From a virus (taxonomy: Duplodnaviria; Caudoviricetes): a stretch of 56,164 nt of DNA. The stretch lies in the IMG/VR virus record IMGVR_UViG_3300030105_002581, positions 1-56,164 of that record; one strand, 5' to 3'. Below, piece after piece: positions 37,577 through 46,552 of the stretch (the stretch's first letter is position 1; each line of letters opens with the position of its first letter). The notes beneath the pieces are model-generated. The model was not told the origin of the DNA. It saw nothing but the letters and a program-made list of their open reading frames with translations, and searched no databases. The translations under genes and the position numbers were made by a program.

Positions 37577-39225
37577 TATCGCCCTTCCTTTCCTTGGTAA
37601 GCTGTCTTCAAAAAGGGCTCATCGGCCAACGTCGCCATTCCGCACCTGATCTGCTCAGAGACAAGTTTATTCTTCGCTTTGTTTTGTAAAATAGCCCAGA
37701 ACGTATCTCTATCGAAAGGCTCTAAGGATCCACCATCAACGACGGCTCCTAGGTTTAATGACTTGATAAAGTTCTCTGCTTGGTAGGAGTAGGCTTTCTC
37801 TGGAGTGTTTGCTACGTTTACCATAGACCACCTTACGAAAGCTTCATTGCTCGGGAGGTTTGGTTTCTCAGTAGGTATCCTGAACAGCCTAGGAGGAGCA
37901 TCCCATTTGCCTTGAACCCCTACCGGCGTATAGGTGTCTATGTACTCTGCCCAAATGTTGGCAGTGTCATTCCAGTTATACCTAGCTATAGCTCCGTTCC
38001 TAGAGAGCATAGAGACTTTCCCTCTCTCTTCAGGAGATAGAGAAGAATGCTCTAGTAGTATCTCGGCTAAGTGCTCATTGTCTGGATATGCTCTTTCAGC
38101 ATCTGTCTCCAGTTCCCGATACATGTTCTTTACTTTTATAGGATAACCATTAGTAAACCGAACAACATCCTCCATAGCACTATAGTCTGTTGCAGCTACA
38201 GGAACCCCACAGGAGGCAGCTTCTACTTGAGGCATACCAAACCCTTCACAGATAGCGTATTGGACATACATGTCCATGAGATTGTAAACCTTAACCAAGT
38301 CAGGAATCTCAAGACCAGCAGCTACGCTGGGCAGTACACAGGAAACATTTCTACATCTAGGACAACTGGTTAACGCGTCTTGAAAAGAAGAGGCGAAGTA
38401 ATGCTGGCAATGTCTACAGACATAAGTAACCAGAACCTTAGACGCTAGTGCATTATCAAGAACACCTTCTGCTATGTTCCATCCTTGTTTCTCTGGATAG
38501 CTAGTGTGCAGATAAAGATAAGACTTGTCTGCAATCTCAGCCGGTGCATTGTCCAAGAAGATTCTGAATGACTTCATCAGCTCTATGAAAAGTTTTCTCT
38601 TCTGATTTCTCATAACTGTGCCGACCACATAGCTGTCAGCAGGGATACCAAACTCTTCTTTGTGCTCTCCCTTTGAAATGACTGGGGCATATACCTCTGG
38701 ATCTAATGCAGGAGAGGCGCATCCAATTACATTTAATGTTCCTCTAGACTGAGCCTCTAGGGTTCTTGTTCCAAACTCTGAGTACGTAAACAAGGCATCG
38801 CAATCAGCGAAGGTCTCAAGCCACTCTCTTTTCTGAGGGGCCGAGTCTACAGTGGGCATCCAAACCCAGTGAAAGAAATCCCTCATGGAAGAATCAGCAA
38901 TCCAGTTATCCATCCACGGATCACGATAAGTGATAACGATGTCGGGCTTAAAGCTAAGGACTACCTTGTCGAATCTCCAGTACCCGAAGTGATTAGCTGG
39001 GTGAGCGTCATAGGCTGGTCTATCATTATCGGAGACGGGAGTGTTCGCAAAAAATGTCCAGCCTACATCTTGACCATGCTCAGGTACTCCATATGAGGCA
39101 AACTCTGCCAACTCATATTTCCCTGTTGAGTGAAGCCTTTCTAAGACCTGCTTGGCGTATGTCCCAAATCCAGATGCCAGCTTGTTAGATTCCGTTACAA
39201 ACAATACTCTTTTTTTTCTAGACAC
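37576..39225 (-). CDS. GT4 glycosyltransferase with Zn-ribbon insertion
   Basis: SGFGTY, VMRNQKRK, YNLMDMYVQ..CEGFGMPQVEAASCGVPV; inserted CRHC...CPRC. Confidence 0.9.
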   Translation of the reverse strand: MSRKKRVLFVTESNKLASGFGTYAKQVLERLHSTGKYELAEFASYGVPEHGQDVGWTFFANTPVSDNDRPAYDAHPANHFGYWRFDKVVLSFKPDIVITYRDPWMDNWIADSSMRDFFHWVWMPTVDSAPQKREWLETFADCDALFTYSEFGTRTLEAQSRGTLNVIGCASPALDPEVYAPVISKGEHKEEFGIPADSYVVGTVMRNQKRKLFIELMKSFRIFLDNAPAEIADKSYLYLHTSYPEKQGWNIAEGVLDNALASKVLVTYVCRHCQHYFASSFQDALTSCPRCRNVSCVLPSVAAGLEIPDLVKVYNLMDMYVQYAICEGFGMPQVEAASCGVPVAATDYSAMEDVVRFTNGYPIKVKNMYRELETDAERAYPDNEHLAEILLEHSSLSPEERGKVSMLSRNGAIARYNWNDTANIWAEYIDTYTPVGVQGKWDAPPRLFRIPTEKPNLPSNEAFVRWSMVNVANTPEKAYSYQAENFIKSLNLGAVVDGGSLEPFDRDTFWAILQNKAKNKLVSEQIRCGMATLADEPFLKTAYQGKEGR

Positions 39226-39676
39226 TTTTTTTAGTCGCTTCCTTTATTCTTTTTATAGCATTGTAAAAAACACGTTTTACATATGGGACTTTGTTTCCTG
39301 TTATGTTAGCCATCTCGGATAACTTGTATCCCATCCTTCGTAAGTCAAACAACTCCTTCTCTTCTTCCTTCAAGGCGATAGGAATATTATCCCAAAAGTC
39401 TTCTTTCATATAGTATAAAGAAGTGTAGCTATTCGGGATAGAGCAGAATAAACCCTTTTTCTGCTTCTTTATCTCCTTGATGATTTCCCAGCGGATAGGG
39501 TTCCAAGCGAACGGTGAAAGTTTGCAACCTCGTGACTCATCATATTTTCTAAGAGCCTTCCATAGCCCAATACGTCCAGCCTGAGTATAGTCATCTCGTT
39601 CAGACGCTGTCTTCGGACTAAAGGAGTTGACTACAGAGATTACAAGTCCCATGTTTTCTTCTATTAAATCATCCAT
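39218..39676 (-). CDS. Phage sigma-70-family RNA polymerase sigma factor
   Basis: Region 2 (LIEENMGLV...DDYTQAGRIGLWKA..KYD.SRG) and region 4 HTH (GYKLSEMANITG). Confidence 0.9.
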   Translation of the reverse strand: MDDLIEENMGLVISVVNSFSPKTASERDDYTQAGRIGLWKALRKYDESRGCKLSPFAWNPIRWEIIKEIKKQKKGLFCSIPNSYTSLYYMKEDFWDNIPIALKEEEKELFDLRRMGYKLSEMANITGNKVPYVKRVFYNAIKRIKEATKKSV

Positions 39677-39684
39677 GTTATATA

Positions 39685-39694
39685 CTATTATAGC
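39685..39694 (-). promoter_or_regulatory. GCTATAATAG -10-like element just upstream of the sigma gene
   Basis: TATAAT ends 10 nt before the ATG and no SD is present. Confidence 0.45.
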
Positions 39695-39706
39695 GTCCCT
39701 TTCAAA

Positions 39707-41344
39707 CTAACTTGTTAATTGTTCCACTTTTTTTATCAAAAAACTTCCTCTATTTTTATCCTTAGACCCTCGCATGAGAACAGTGTTGCCCTCATGAAGG
39801 AGCTTTTTGTACTTATCCCATTCTTCAGAGAAGGCTGTTATGTTATCTAGGGAGCAGCTCGCATCACTAACTGTGACGAAACCCATCTTTTGCCCCTTAG
39901 ATTTACCTTTCTTAATAGTCCACTCTCGAACGGAATCTACTTGTACAGCTAAGGCTATCCCATGCTCGGCATTAAAACCGTCAAGGAACTCCTTGCAAGA
40001 ACAATTTGATTTGCTGGTATCATAATCCTCAACCTTGTTACAGGTCAGGGCTATCCCCAAAAGCTCTTCCTCTTTCTTAGCAATCCAAGAAGGAGAATCA
40101 TAAAGATCATATCCCGGATTGTCATAGGAAGCTATTAGGTCTTCTATCATAGGGATTCTATCCTTTCTGAATATAGGACGGTTCTTATCTTTCACCCTAG
40201 AAGCCTCAACCATTGCGGTAATAGTATCCTTAGTACTAACCTCTGGGTGCTCTAGCTTGTAGTTGTTTAACCATGACTGCTCTCTACCAGTGAACTCTTT
40301 CATGATGTTAAAATAATGGAGCATCTTAGAACGCCCAATATTAAAACAATCAAATGCCCCTGCTAAAATCAGTGAGGAGAACGCCTTCTTATTTACATAT
40401 GGTGCAATCCGTATCAGGAAACAGTCCCATCCACATTCAGAGATATCTATTTCATTAGACTCGATATGCTTCATGAGTTTCTTAAAGACTGAAGCCCCAA
40501 CATTCTTAATGTTCGTGATTCCATAGGTAGGGTTCTCACCAATCAGTTGGAAGTGTTCATTCATGTGCTGGATACTAGGAGACATAACATGGATGTCCAT
40601 TGTCTTAGCATTGTTTACTAGCTCATGAACTTCCCAGAAGGTATCTGGCTTTCCGATGGAGTGCTTGAGGTACGCTGTGAAAAACTCTCTAGGGAAGTGA
40701 GCCTTTGCATATGCTGTTAGGTAGGAGTTGTAGGCGTAACTTATGGAGTGAGATTTATTGAAGGAGTATCTCTGAGACTTTTCAATCCAACTAAAGATTT
40801 CTTCAGCTTGTACTTTATTAACAATGCCCTTCTCTACAGCCTTCTCAAGGAAGGAAGTTTTAACCTTAGCCATTACATCCGCTTGCTTCTTACCAATAGC
40901 CTTTCTTAACGTGTCTGCCTCTTGGAGATCGAAACCCCCAATGTCAGTAGCAATCTTCATAGCCTGCTCTTGATAAACAAGGATGCCCTGAGTGCTCTGG
41001 AGGATTGGTTCAAGGGCATCATGGAGGTACACAACAGAATCTATTCCGTGCTTTCTATCTACATAGTGCATAGTCAGGCTCTTGCCATTCACCATCGAGT
41101 CCAGACAACCGGGACGCATAATTGCGATAAGGTCAGACAGCTCACTTATGTTTCTTGGCTTTGCCTGCTTCGATAAGGATCGTCCAAGCTGTGATTCCAG
41201 CTGGAAGATACCCTTCGTGTTTCCTTCACAGACCAAGTCCCATGTATGGGGGCACTCCAAGTCTAGCTTGGTAATGTCAGGATTAAAGATTACTTTTCCT
41301 GCATCGTCTGTTTCAAATTTACATCCGCAACTGAAGGTCTTCAT
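39707..41344 (-). CDS. dnaE: DNA polymerase III alpha, C-terminal half (fingers, HhH, OB)
   Basis: GIFQLES, AIMRPG, GILVYQEQ, LRKAIGKK, YSFNKSH, IKNVG, C-terminal OB (MGFVTVSD). Confidence 0.92.
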   Translation of the reverse strand: MKTFSCGCKFETDDAGKVIFNPDITKLDLECPHTWDLVCEGNTKGIFQLESQLGRSLSKQAKPRNISELSDLIAIMRPGCLDSMVNGKSLTMHYVDRKHGIDSVVYLHDALEPILQSTQGILVYQEQAMKIATDIGGFDLQEADTLRKAIGKKQADVMAKVKTSFLEKAVEKGIVNKVQAEEIFSWIEKSQRYSFNKSHSISYAYNSYLTAYAKAHFPREFFTAYLKHSIGKPDTFWEVHELVNNAKTMDIHVMSPSIQHMNEHFQLIGENPTYGITNIKNVGASVFKKLMKHIESNEIDISECGWDCFLIRIAPYVNKKAFSSLILAGAFDCFNIGRSKMLHYFNIMKEFTGREQSWLNNYKLEHPEVSTKDTITAMVEASRVKDKNRPIFRKDRIPMIEDLIASYDNPGYDLYDSPSWIAKKEEELLGIALTCNKVEDYDTSKSNCSCKEFLDGFNAEHGIALAVQVDSVREWTIKKGKSKGQKMGFVTVSDASCSLDNITAFSEEWDKYKKLLHEGNTVLMRGSKDKNRGSFLIKKVEQLTS

Positions 41345-42015
41345 TTAGAGAACGCCCCTTTGAACTTATCAACCGACGCTTGCTTACGATGGAACTTCAT
41401 GAACTTAACCATGAGCTTCGCTTCGTCAATAGTATCAGACAGTGCCTCGTGAGCCTGACCGTCAGATTCTAAGCCGAGGAAGTCTCGGAAGGTATCCAGT
41501 TTCATATTAGCTGGTTCTTCTAGGTTCTCAAACCACATGAATAGAATGTCCATCATGTCGATCTTAGTTACTTTTGACAAGGGAAACTTAGTCTTGTGCT
41601 TTTCTGCTAGGCGATAGAGAATAGGTAAGTCAAACCCAACGATGTTATATCCAGCGGGGATTGGCTCTGTGTACCATTGTCCGGGTTTCTTATCTACTTC
41701 ATACTTAGAGCAGTACGACATGAAGTTCTTCCAGACAACCTTCTCGCTTTGTCCTGTCTTCCAGTCTGCTACAATCGCCTCTGTTTCAACTCCTCTTGTT
41801 TTGGCGTGCCAAGCAATTGTTGATTGACGTTCCTTCGTGAAGTATTCCTCGGAGTCAAGACCGTCTGGCTTGATAGTAGCTCTAAACGCCTGCTCTGTTT
41901 TGATCTCAAGAGTTCTTGGGTCTACAGGAACGGCAGCAATCTCTACTGGATTACAGGTGTCAGGGTTTGGGCTATCTGTTTCTAAGTCGAAGACTATAAT
42001 CCATCTATTATTCAT
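41341..42015 (-). CDS. dnaQ: DEDDh 3'-5' exonuclease (DnaQ/epsilon-like)
   Basis: ExoI FDLET, ExoII GYNIVGFD, ExoIII AHEALSD. Confidence 0.88.
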   Translation of the reverse strand: MNNRWIIVFDLETDSPNPDTCNPVEIAAVPVDPRTLEIKTEQAFRATIKPDGLDSEEYFTKERQSTIAWHAKTRGVETEAIVADWKTGQSEKVVWKNFMSYCSKYEVDKKPGQWYTEPIPAGYNIVGFDLPILYRLAEKHKTKFPLSKVTKIDMMDILFMWFENLEEPANMKLDTFRDFLGLESDGQAHEALSDTIDEAKLMVKFMKFHRKQASVDKFKGAFSK

Positions 42016-42055
42016 TGTTTTATCCTAATGTAATATGTATTTACTCTGTGCTTAA

Positions 42056-43921
42056 TTATACCCCCGCAAGTATGTTCGGGATCTCCATAATCTTGTCAAG
42101 CATCTTAATTCCTAGTACATCCAGCTTAAGAAGTCCTACGTCCTCACAACTGGGCCCTTCAAATCCGGCAAGTTGGCCCTTTCCTTCTTTGTCTATTACC
42201 ATAGGGCAAATATCATAGATAGGCTGAGGTGAAATCACAACTCCGGCAGCATGCTTTGACTGAATGATCTTAGTGTCCTCTAGTCTTATTGCTTGCTCGA
42301 ATATTCTAGAGAACTTTCCTGTTAGCTTACCGTTGCTATCTATTTGACACCATTCCTTTAGCTTATCAGATCTGTTCTCAAGAGCCCAAGTAATAACAGA
42401 GGCTGTTCCTAACTCATCCTTCATGTCCTGTAGCTCATCTGCAATCTTAGCTTCATCAAGAATATGAGAAGTGATGTCGTTCTGTTCTGCAAAGCCTATG
42501 TTACCACGAGAAGCCATTACCCTTTTAAGTGCAGCCCTACCCTTAAGTGTTTGGAAGGTAAGAATCTGGGCTACATTATCTTTACCATATTTCTTTTGGA
42601 TATGGCCCATAATATCGCTTCGTGCATCTTTGGGCACATCAATATCAATATCAGGCATGGAGACATGGCCACCTGTGTTACGACCAGCGTTATAAAATCT
42701 CTCGAAAATTAGCTTGTAGGGAATAGGATCTATCTGTGTAATGTCAAGTAGATAAGAGACCATGCACCCTGCAGCACTACCTCTTCCCGGCCCTGTCAGA
42801 TAGCCTTGGCTTCTAGTATAGTTTAGGATATCCCTCACGATAAGGAAGTAACTGGACAGGTTCGTCTCAGTAAAGATCTTAATCTCTTTATTAACCCTAT
42901 CTCCATACTCGCTGAATAAGGATCCCTTCGTAATGTGATCCATTTTATCAGCCCAGCCCTGTCTGCAAAGCTCTCTTAGATAGTCGTTCGGAGACATCTT
43001 GTCTGGACAATCAAATACTGGAGGATTAGGAGGGCCGAGGATTTCATAGTTGGTACACATGTCTGCTATCTCAATAGTGTGAGCTAACTCAGAGGGAGTG
43101 TGATGCTCTGCCATCTCCTCGTAACTTGGGATGTGGTAGTTGTCTGACTCGAAGAAGGGCTTAAGGTGCTGTGCTCTTCCTTCATTTATCTCTGTCTGGA
43201 TTTGCCCTATGCTTTTCCTCATGGAGGTACACAGAAGAACTCTCTGGTCGTCGGCATCTTCACGGCGACAATAGTGGGCATCTGGAGTAGCGACGCAAGG
43301 GATGCCTGTCATCTTAGCTACTTCTCTTAGCTTCTCGGCAGCCTCTTTTGCATCTGTATTGATAACAGAGTCTATGAGTTGAATCTCTATATAGAAATTA
43401 CCCCGACCAAAGGCCTCTTCCATTATAGAAGCTTGGCGTACTGCGTTATTTCTCCAGTTGGGATTCCCTATAACAATAGACCCTAGTATAGACCCAAGAT
43501 GTCCACTGAAGGACACTAGGTCTCCATCGAACTCGGAGACAGACTCTAGAAACTGAGCCATCCCTAGTCGAGGCTTGTGGTAGAAGTGTTCTGGTCTGTT
43601 AGATGTAGAGACCAATTCCAGAAGGTTCTTCCATCCCTTTAGGTTCTTTGCCAGTACAACCTGATGTCTCAGCTTAGAGTTTGTGGGCTCTTTAACTATA
43701 GCACTCTCTTTGGATAGGTAAAGTTCGCAACCTAGGATAGGCTTGAACCCAGAGGAATTCATGGTCTTATAAAAGTCCACTCCCCCACTAACTGTTCCAT
43801 GATCTGAGATAGCACATGTAGAAATCTCTAGTTCTTCTAATCGTCCGGCGATATGCTTTGTTTGGGAAAGTCCATCTAAGAGCGAGTACTCGCTATGGAC
43901 ATGCAATGGTACGTATGTCAT
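42056..43921 (-). CDS. dnaE: DNA polymerase III alpha, N-terminal half (PHP + catalytic palm)
   Basis: LHVHSEYSLLDG, SDHG, DAHY, GPGRGSAAG, FERF, MPDIDID, HAAGVVI, LLKLDVLG. Confidence 0.95.
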   Translation of the reverse strand: MTYVPLHVHSEYSLLDGLSQTKHIAGRLEELEISTCAISDHGTVSGGVDFYKTMNSSGFKPILGCELYLSKESAIVKEPTNSKLRHQVVLAKNLKGWKNLLELVSTSNRPEHFYHKPRLGMAQFLESVSEFDGDLVSFSGHLGSILGSIVIGNPNWRNNAVRQASIMEEAFGRGNFYIEIQLIDSVINTDAKEAAEKLREVAKMTGIPCVATPDAHYCRREDADDQRVLLCTSMRKSIGQIQTEINEGRAQHLKPFFESDNYHIPSYEEMAEHHTPSELAHTIEIADMCTNYEILGPPNPPVFDCPDKMSPNDYLRELCRQGWADKMDHITKGSLFSEYGDRVNKEIKIFTETNLSSYFLIVRDILNYTRSQGYLTGPGRGSAAGCMVSYLLDITQIDPIPYKLIFERFYNAGRNTGGHVSMPDIDIDVPKDARSDIMGHIQKKYGKDNVAQILTFQTLKGRAALKRVMASRGNIGFAEQNDITSHILDEAKIADELQDMKDELGTASVITWALENRSDKLKEWCQIDSNGKLTGKFSRIFEQAIRLEDTKIIQSKHAAGVVISPQPIYDICPMVIDKEGKGQLAGFEGPSCEDVGLLKLDVLGIKMLDKIMEIPNILAGV

Positions 43922-44463
43922 GCTAATAGTTCCGTTATGTGTTGGTATAATTCTTTCACTTCTAAATTATACATGTCAACATGAGTTTTGAAGCCATTTC
44001 TTTTGTCAATTTTTCCTTTTTCCCAAAGGGTTGCTCTTTCCCAGTACTCTTCGGCTGGCATAAACCCACATAGCCATATTTTCTTTAGACCATAATACTT
44101 CTTCGGGTGTTCCTTTGTAGTCCTCTGGAACTCAATACTAATGAAGGCGTAGATGTCTGGCTGCTGATGGCTACTAGTCTTGGCTACGGAGACATCATAG
44201 TAAGGTCTGGGAGCAACAGTCCTCCTCTTTGTCTTAACCTCTACACGCTGACCTGTAGGCATAAGAAGGTCGTGGTTGTATTTATCAAGACCTCTGTTAT
44301 TGCTGACTATCTCAGCCCCTGTGTGAGAGGCGAGGGCTTCTTCTCCTAAGTAACCAGCAAGATTACCGGCGCCCTTTAGGATAGAATTATTCAGTGAGCC
44401 TAGAGATATAGCCTTCTCCTTCGCTCTTTCCAGCATATAAGAATCAAACATTAGATTTATCAT
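43918..44463 (-). CDS. PD-(D/E)xK nuclease-like protein
   Basis: GYLGEEA...HDLL...VEVKTK. Confidence 0.6.
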   Translation of the reverse strand: MINLMFDSYMLERAKEKAISLGSLNNSILKGAGNLAGYLGEEALASHTGAEIVSNNRGLDKYNHDLLMPTGQRVEVKTKRRTVAPRPYYDVSVAKTSSHQQPDIYAFISIEFQRTTKEHPKKYYGLKKIWLCGFMPAEEYWERATLWEKGKIDKRNGFKTHVDMYNLEVKELYQHITELLA

Positions 44464-45497
44464 ACTTCACCGGGAGGCTGATACTTTCCAATGGTGTGCG
44501 TAGGATCTTTCAGATTGTCCGTGACCCACTCAATTCCATTCTTATGTATTTGATCCATGACTTGATCACACTTTGTGAGACACCCACCGTAGGAGTTAGT
44601 TAATGGTTCGATGCTAGTTCCTTCAAAGGTCGTCTTACCAGCAGCACATAGCTTAGAACATTTCCAACTCTTGTTCTGCTGTGGATGTGTGGTGTCCTTG
44701 ATTAAGTCAAACTTAGCTTTAATCATTTTAAGAGTGTCTGGAATATCACTCTCTTCAAAGTGAAGGGTAAAGGCTCCTCCGTCATTCATAAAGTGAATGG
44801 TTACCAAGAAGGTTTTGATATCAGGATAAAGTTTAGTCACAGCAAGATGATACATTCTTAGCTGTATATCTTTCTGTAGAAGCTCTGGGGTTTTTACCTT
44901 ACCAGTAGCCCAGTCTAATCTCTTGCCTGTCTTCCAGTCAATGATCTCATACACACCGTCACCAGCGTCGGAGATCAAGTCAATGGTTCCCTTGAGGGCT
45001 AGGTTCCCCTGAAGGACTGTCCCATCCTCTAGAGTGTAATCATACTTAGCCCAATCCTCCTCGATCTCAAAATCGAAGTGAGGCTCTGCATCTACAACCG
45101 TAAGGTTCTTGGGATCAAACATGCCGTCATCATCATTAAAGATCTTCCAGACCCACGCTCTGCAATGCTTCAAGTCACTAGGAATCCAGTGGTGGTGAGG
45201 TAATCTAGAAGTATAGTACTCAAAGACTGTATCGATTATCCCATCTAGATATTCAGGTTCATAGTTAGCTGTCTCTATTTCCCCTATTTCTCTATCATTA
45301 ATAGTTGCGTGCCCTTCTTGTAGAGCCTTCTTAGCGACCGCTGCTAACTCAAGTATCTTATGTACAATCGTCCCCTTGTCTGCTTTCTTACCAGACAGAC
45401 CTCTCCAGCCCAAGTTATACTCAATATAGTATTGCATGGGGCACATCTTGTGCGAATTGAAGGAGCTACTACGAAAATAAACAATAGGGATAGTCAT
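44460..45497 (-). CDS. Cas4/AddB-like PD-(D/E)xK exonuclease with Fe-S Cys ligands
   Basis: CPMQYY, GTIVH..LE, KGTIDLI, IIDWKTG, QLRMY, CSKLC...C. Confidence 0.85.
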   Translation of the reverse strand: MTIPIVYFRSSSFNSHKMCPMQYYIEYNLGWRGLSGKKADKGTIVHKILELAAVAKKALQEGHATINDREIGEIETANYEPEYLDGIIDTVFEYYTSRLPHHHWIPSDLKHCRAWVWKIFNDDDGMFDPKNLTVVDAEPHFDFEIEEDWAKYDYTLEDGTVLQGNLALKGTIDLISDAGDGVYEIIDWKTGKRLDWATGKVKTPELLQKDIQLRMYHLAVTKLYPDIKTFLVTIHFMNDGGAFTLHFEESDIPDTLKMIKAKFDLIKDTTHPQQNKSWKCSKLCAAGKTTFEGTSIEPLTNSYGGCLTKCDQVMDQIHKNGIEWVTDNLKDPTHTIGKYQPPGEV

Positions 45498-45501
45498 AAT
45501 T

Positions 45502-46326
45502 TTACTCTTCTATTTGAGGTATAACGCCGTCAAGATGTTTGACAGCCGCGTAGATAGCTTGGTTCTGTTGGGATAAGTCCATGCCTTCGTTTTCGATTAC
45601 GGCACTGCACATTTGAATAGCGGCTGTTACTTCAGACTCGCTCGAATGTTCATCCGAACTACCATAAGGACTTCTGGTTAGGCCTATCACAAAACCCTCT
45701 TGGTCTTTGATAGATTGGACTTCGTTCTCAAAGCGAACATCAGAAACTAATGCTAGTTCTGGATTATCTTTTTTAATTCTTCGGAACAAGGAATCAAGCC
45801 AAACGTCCGAGTTCATTTTACGGAACATATCAGTCCCTACATACTGCAACACTTCACGAGCAGTCATGACCCCTTTCTTGTGAACCATCATACCAAGAGA
45901 GGCAACCTGCTCTTGAGTGAACCCTTTCTTCTTTAGACCAGAAGGACTAATAACTCCGGGCATGTTTTCCCACTTGAGCTTTGTCTTACTGTTCTTATCC
46001 TTGTCGCTCCCGAACGCCTGTTCCTTGGATAGCCCCAGAATATCAACTGCCATTTGCTTCAAGGAGTCTGCAATAGCGTAGACTCTTACAAATTTCCCTA
46101 GCTCATTATCGTATAGTTCGTCAACAGAAACTTCAGGGTTCTTAAACAAAAGCCACTCCTTTGACCCTTTCTCCCCTAATACATCACTAACTTCAATTTC
46201 CCCATCCTCATTAATCCTTGCAACATTACAAACTGTTAGCTCTGCAAGCTTCATAGCGATGATAAAATTACAAGAAGTATTCTTACCGCTCTGTTTCTTA
46301 CCGACAAATCCAAGTATCTGGGTCAT
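45502..46326 (-). CDS. Deoxynucleoside monophosphate kinase (T4 gp1-like)
   Basis: P-loop GKKQSGKNT, ADSLK, REVLQYVGT, SDVRFENE, HSSE. Start re-called to ATG 46326. Confidence 0.85.
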   Translation of the reverse strand: MTQILGFVGKKQSGKNTSCNFIIAMKLAELTVCNVARINEDGEIEVSDVLGEKGSKEWLLFKNPEVSVDELYDNELGKFVRVYAIADSLKQMAVDILGLSKEQAFGSDKDKNSKTKLKWENMPGVISPSGLKKKGFTQEQVASLGMMVHKKGVMTAREVLQYVGTDMFRKMNSDVWLDSLFRRIKKDNPELALVSDVRFENEVQSIKDQEGFVIGLTRSPYGSSDEHSSESEVTAAIQMCSAVIENEGMDLSQQNQAIYAAVKHLDGVIPQIEE

Positions 46327-46327
46327 A

Positions 46328-46552
46328 TTAAGCATCACCTTCTGGGAAATACTTCCCTAGAGTTTCTAATCTGTCTTCTGCATCTGCCAGCATGTCCAGA
46401 GCTTCGTCTAGGTTCTTATGAAAGTCCCCAGTAGAGTGATCCCCAATACCTGCCCCGTTCTCTAGTAATAAAGAGAGAGACATTCTTGCCTTTGACTTGT
46501 CTGCTCTTGCTGTCTGCCATAAATACGAAACAGCGTGTTGTGAATAACTCAT
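46328..46552 (-). CDS. Small hypothetical helical protein (GIGDH motif)
   Basis: Tiles between primase and kinase genes. Confidence 0.65.
   Translation of the reverse strand: MSYSQHAVSYLWQTARADKSKARMSLSLLLENGAGIGDHSTGDFHKNLDEALDMLADAEDRLETLGKYFPEGDA

Noticed and set aside
41300-42110. Split intein or self-splicing intron in dnaE
   Set aside because: No intein N-terminal block after the N-half and no HN-C/S/T junction in the C-half; the intervening DNA is an exonuclease gene plus a 40-nt spacer.
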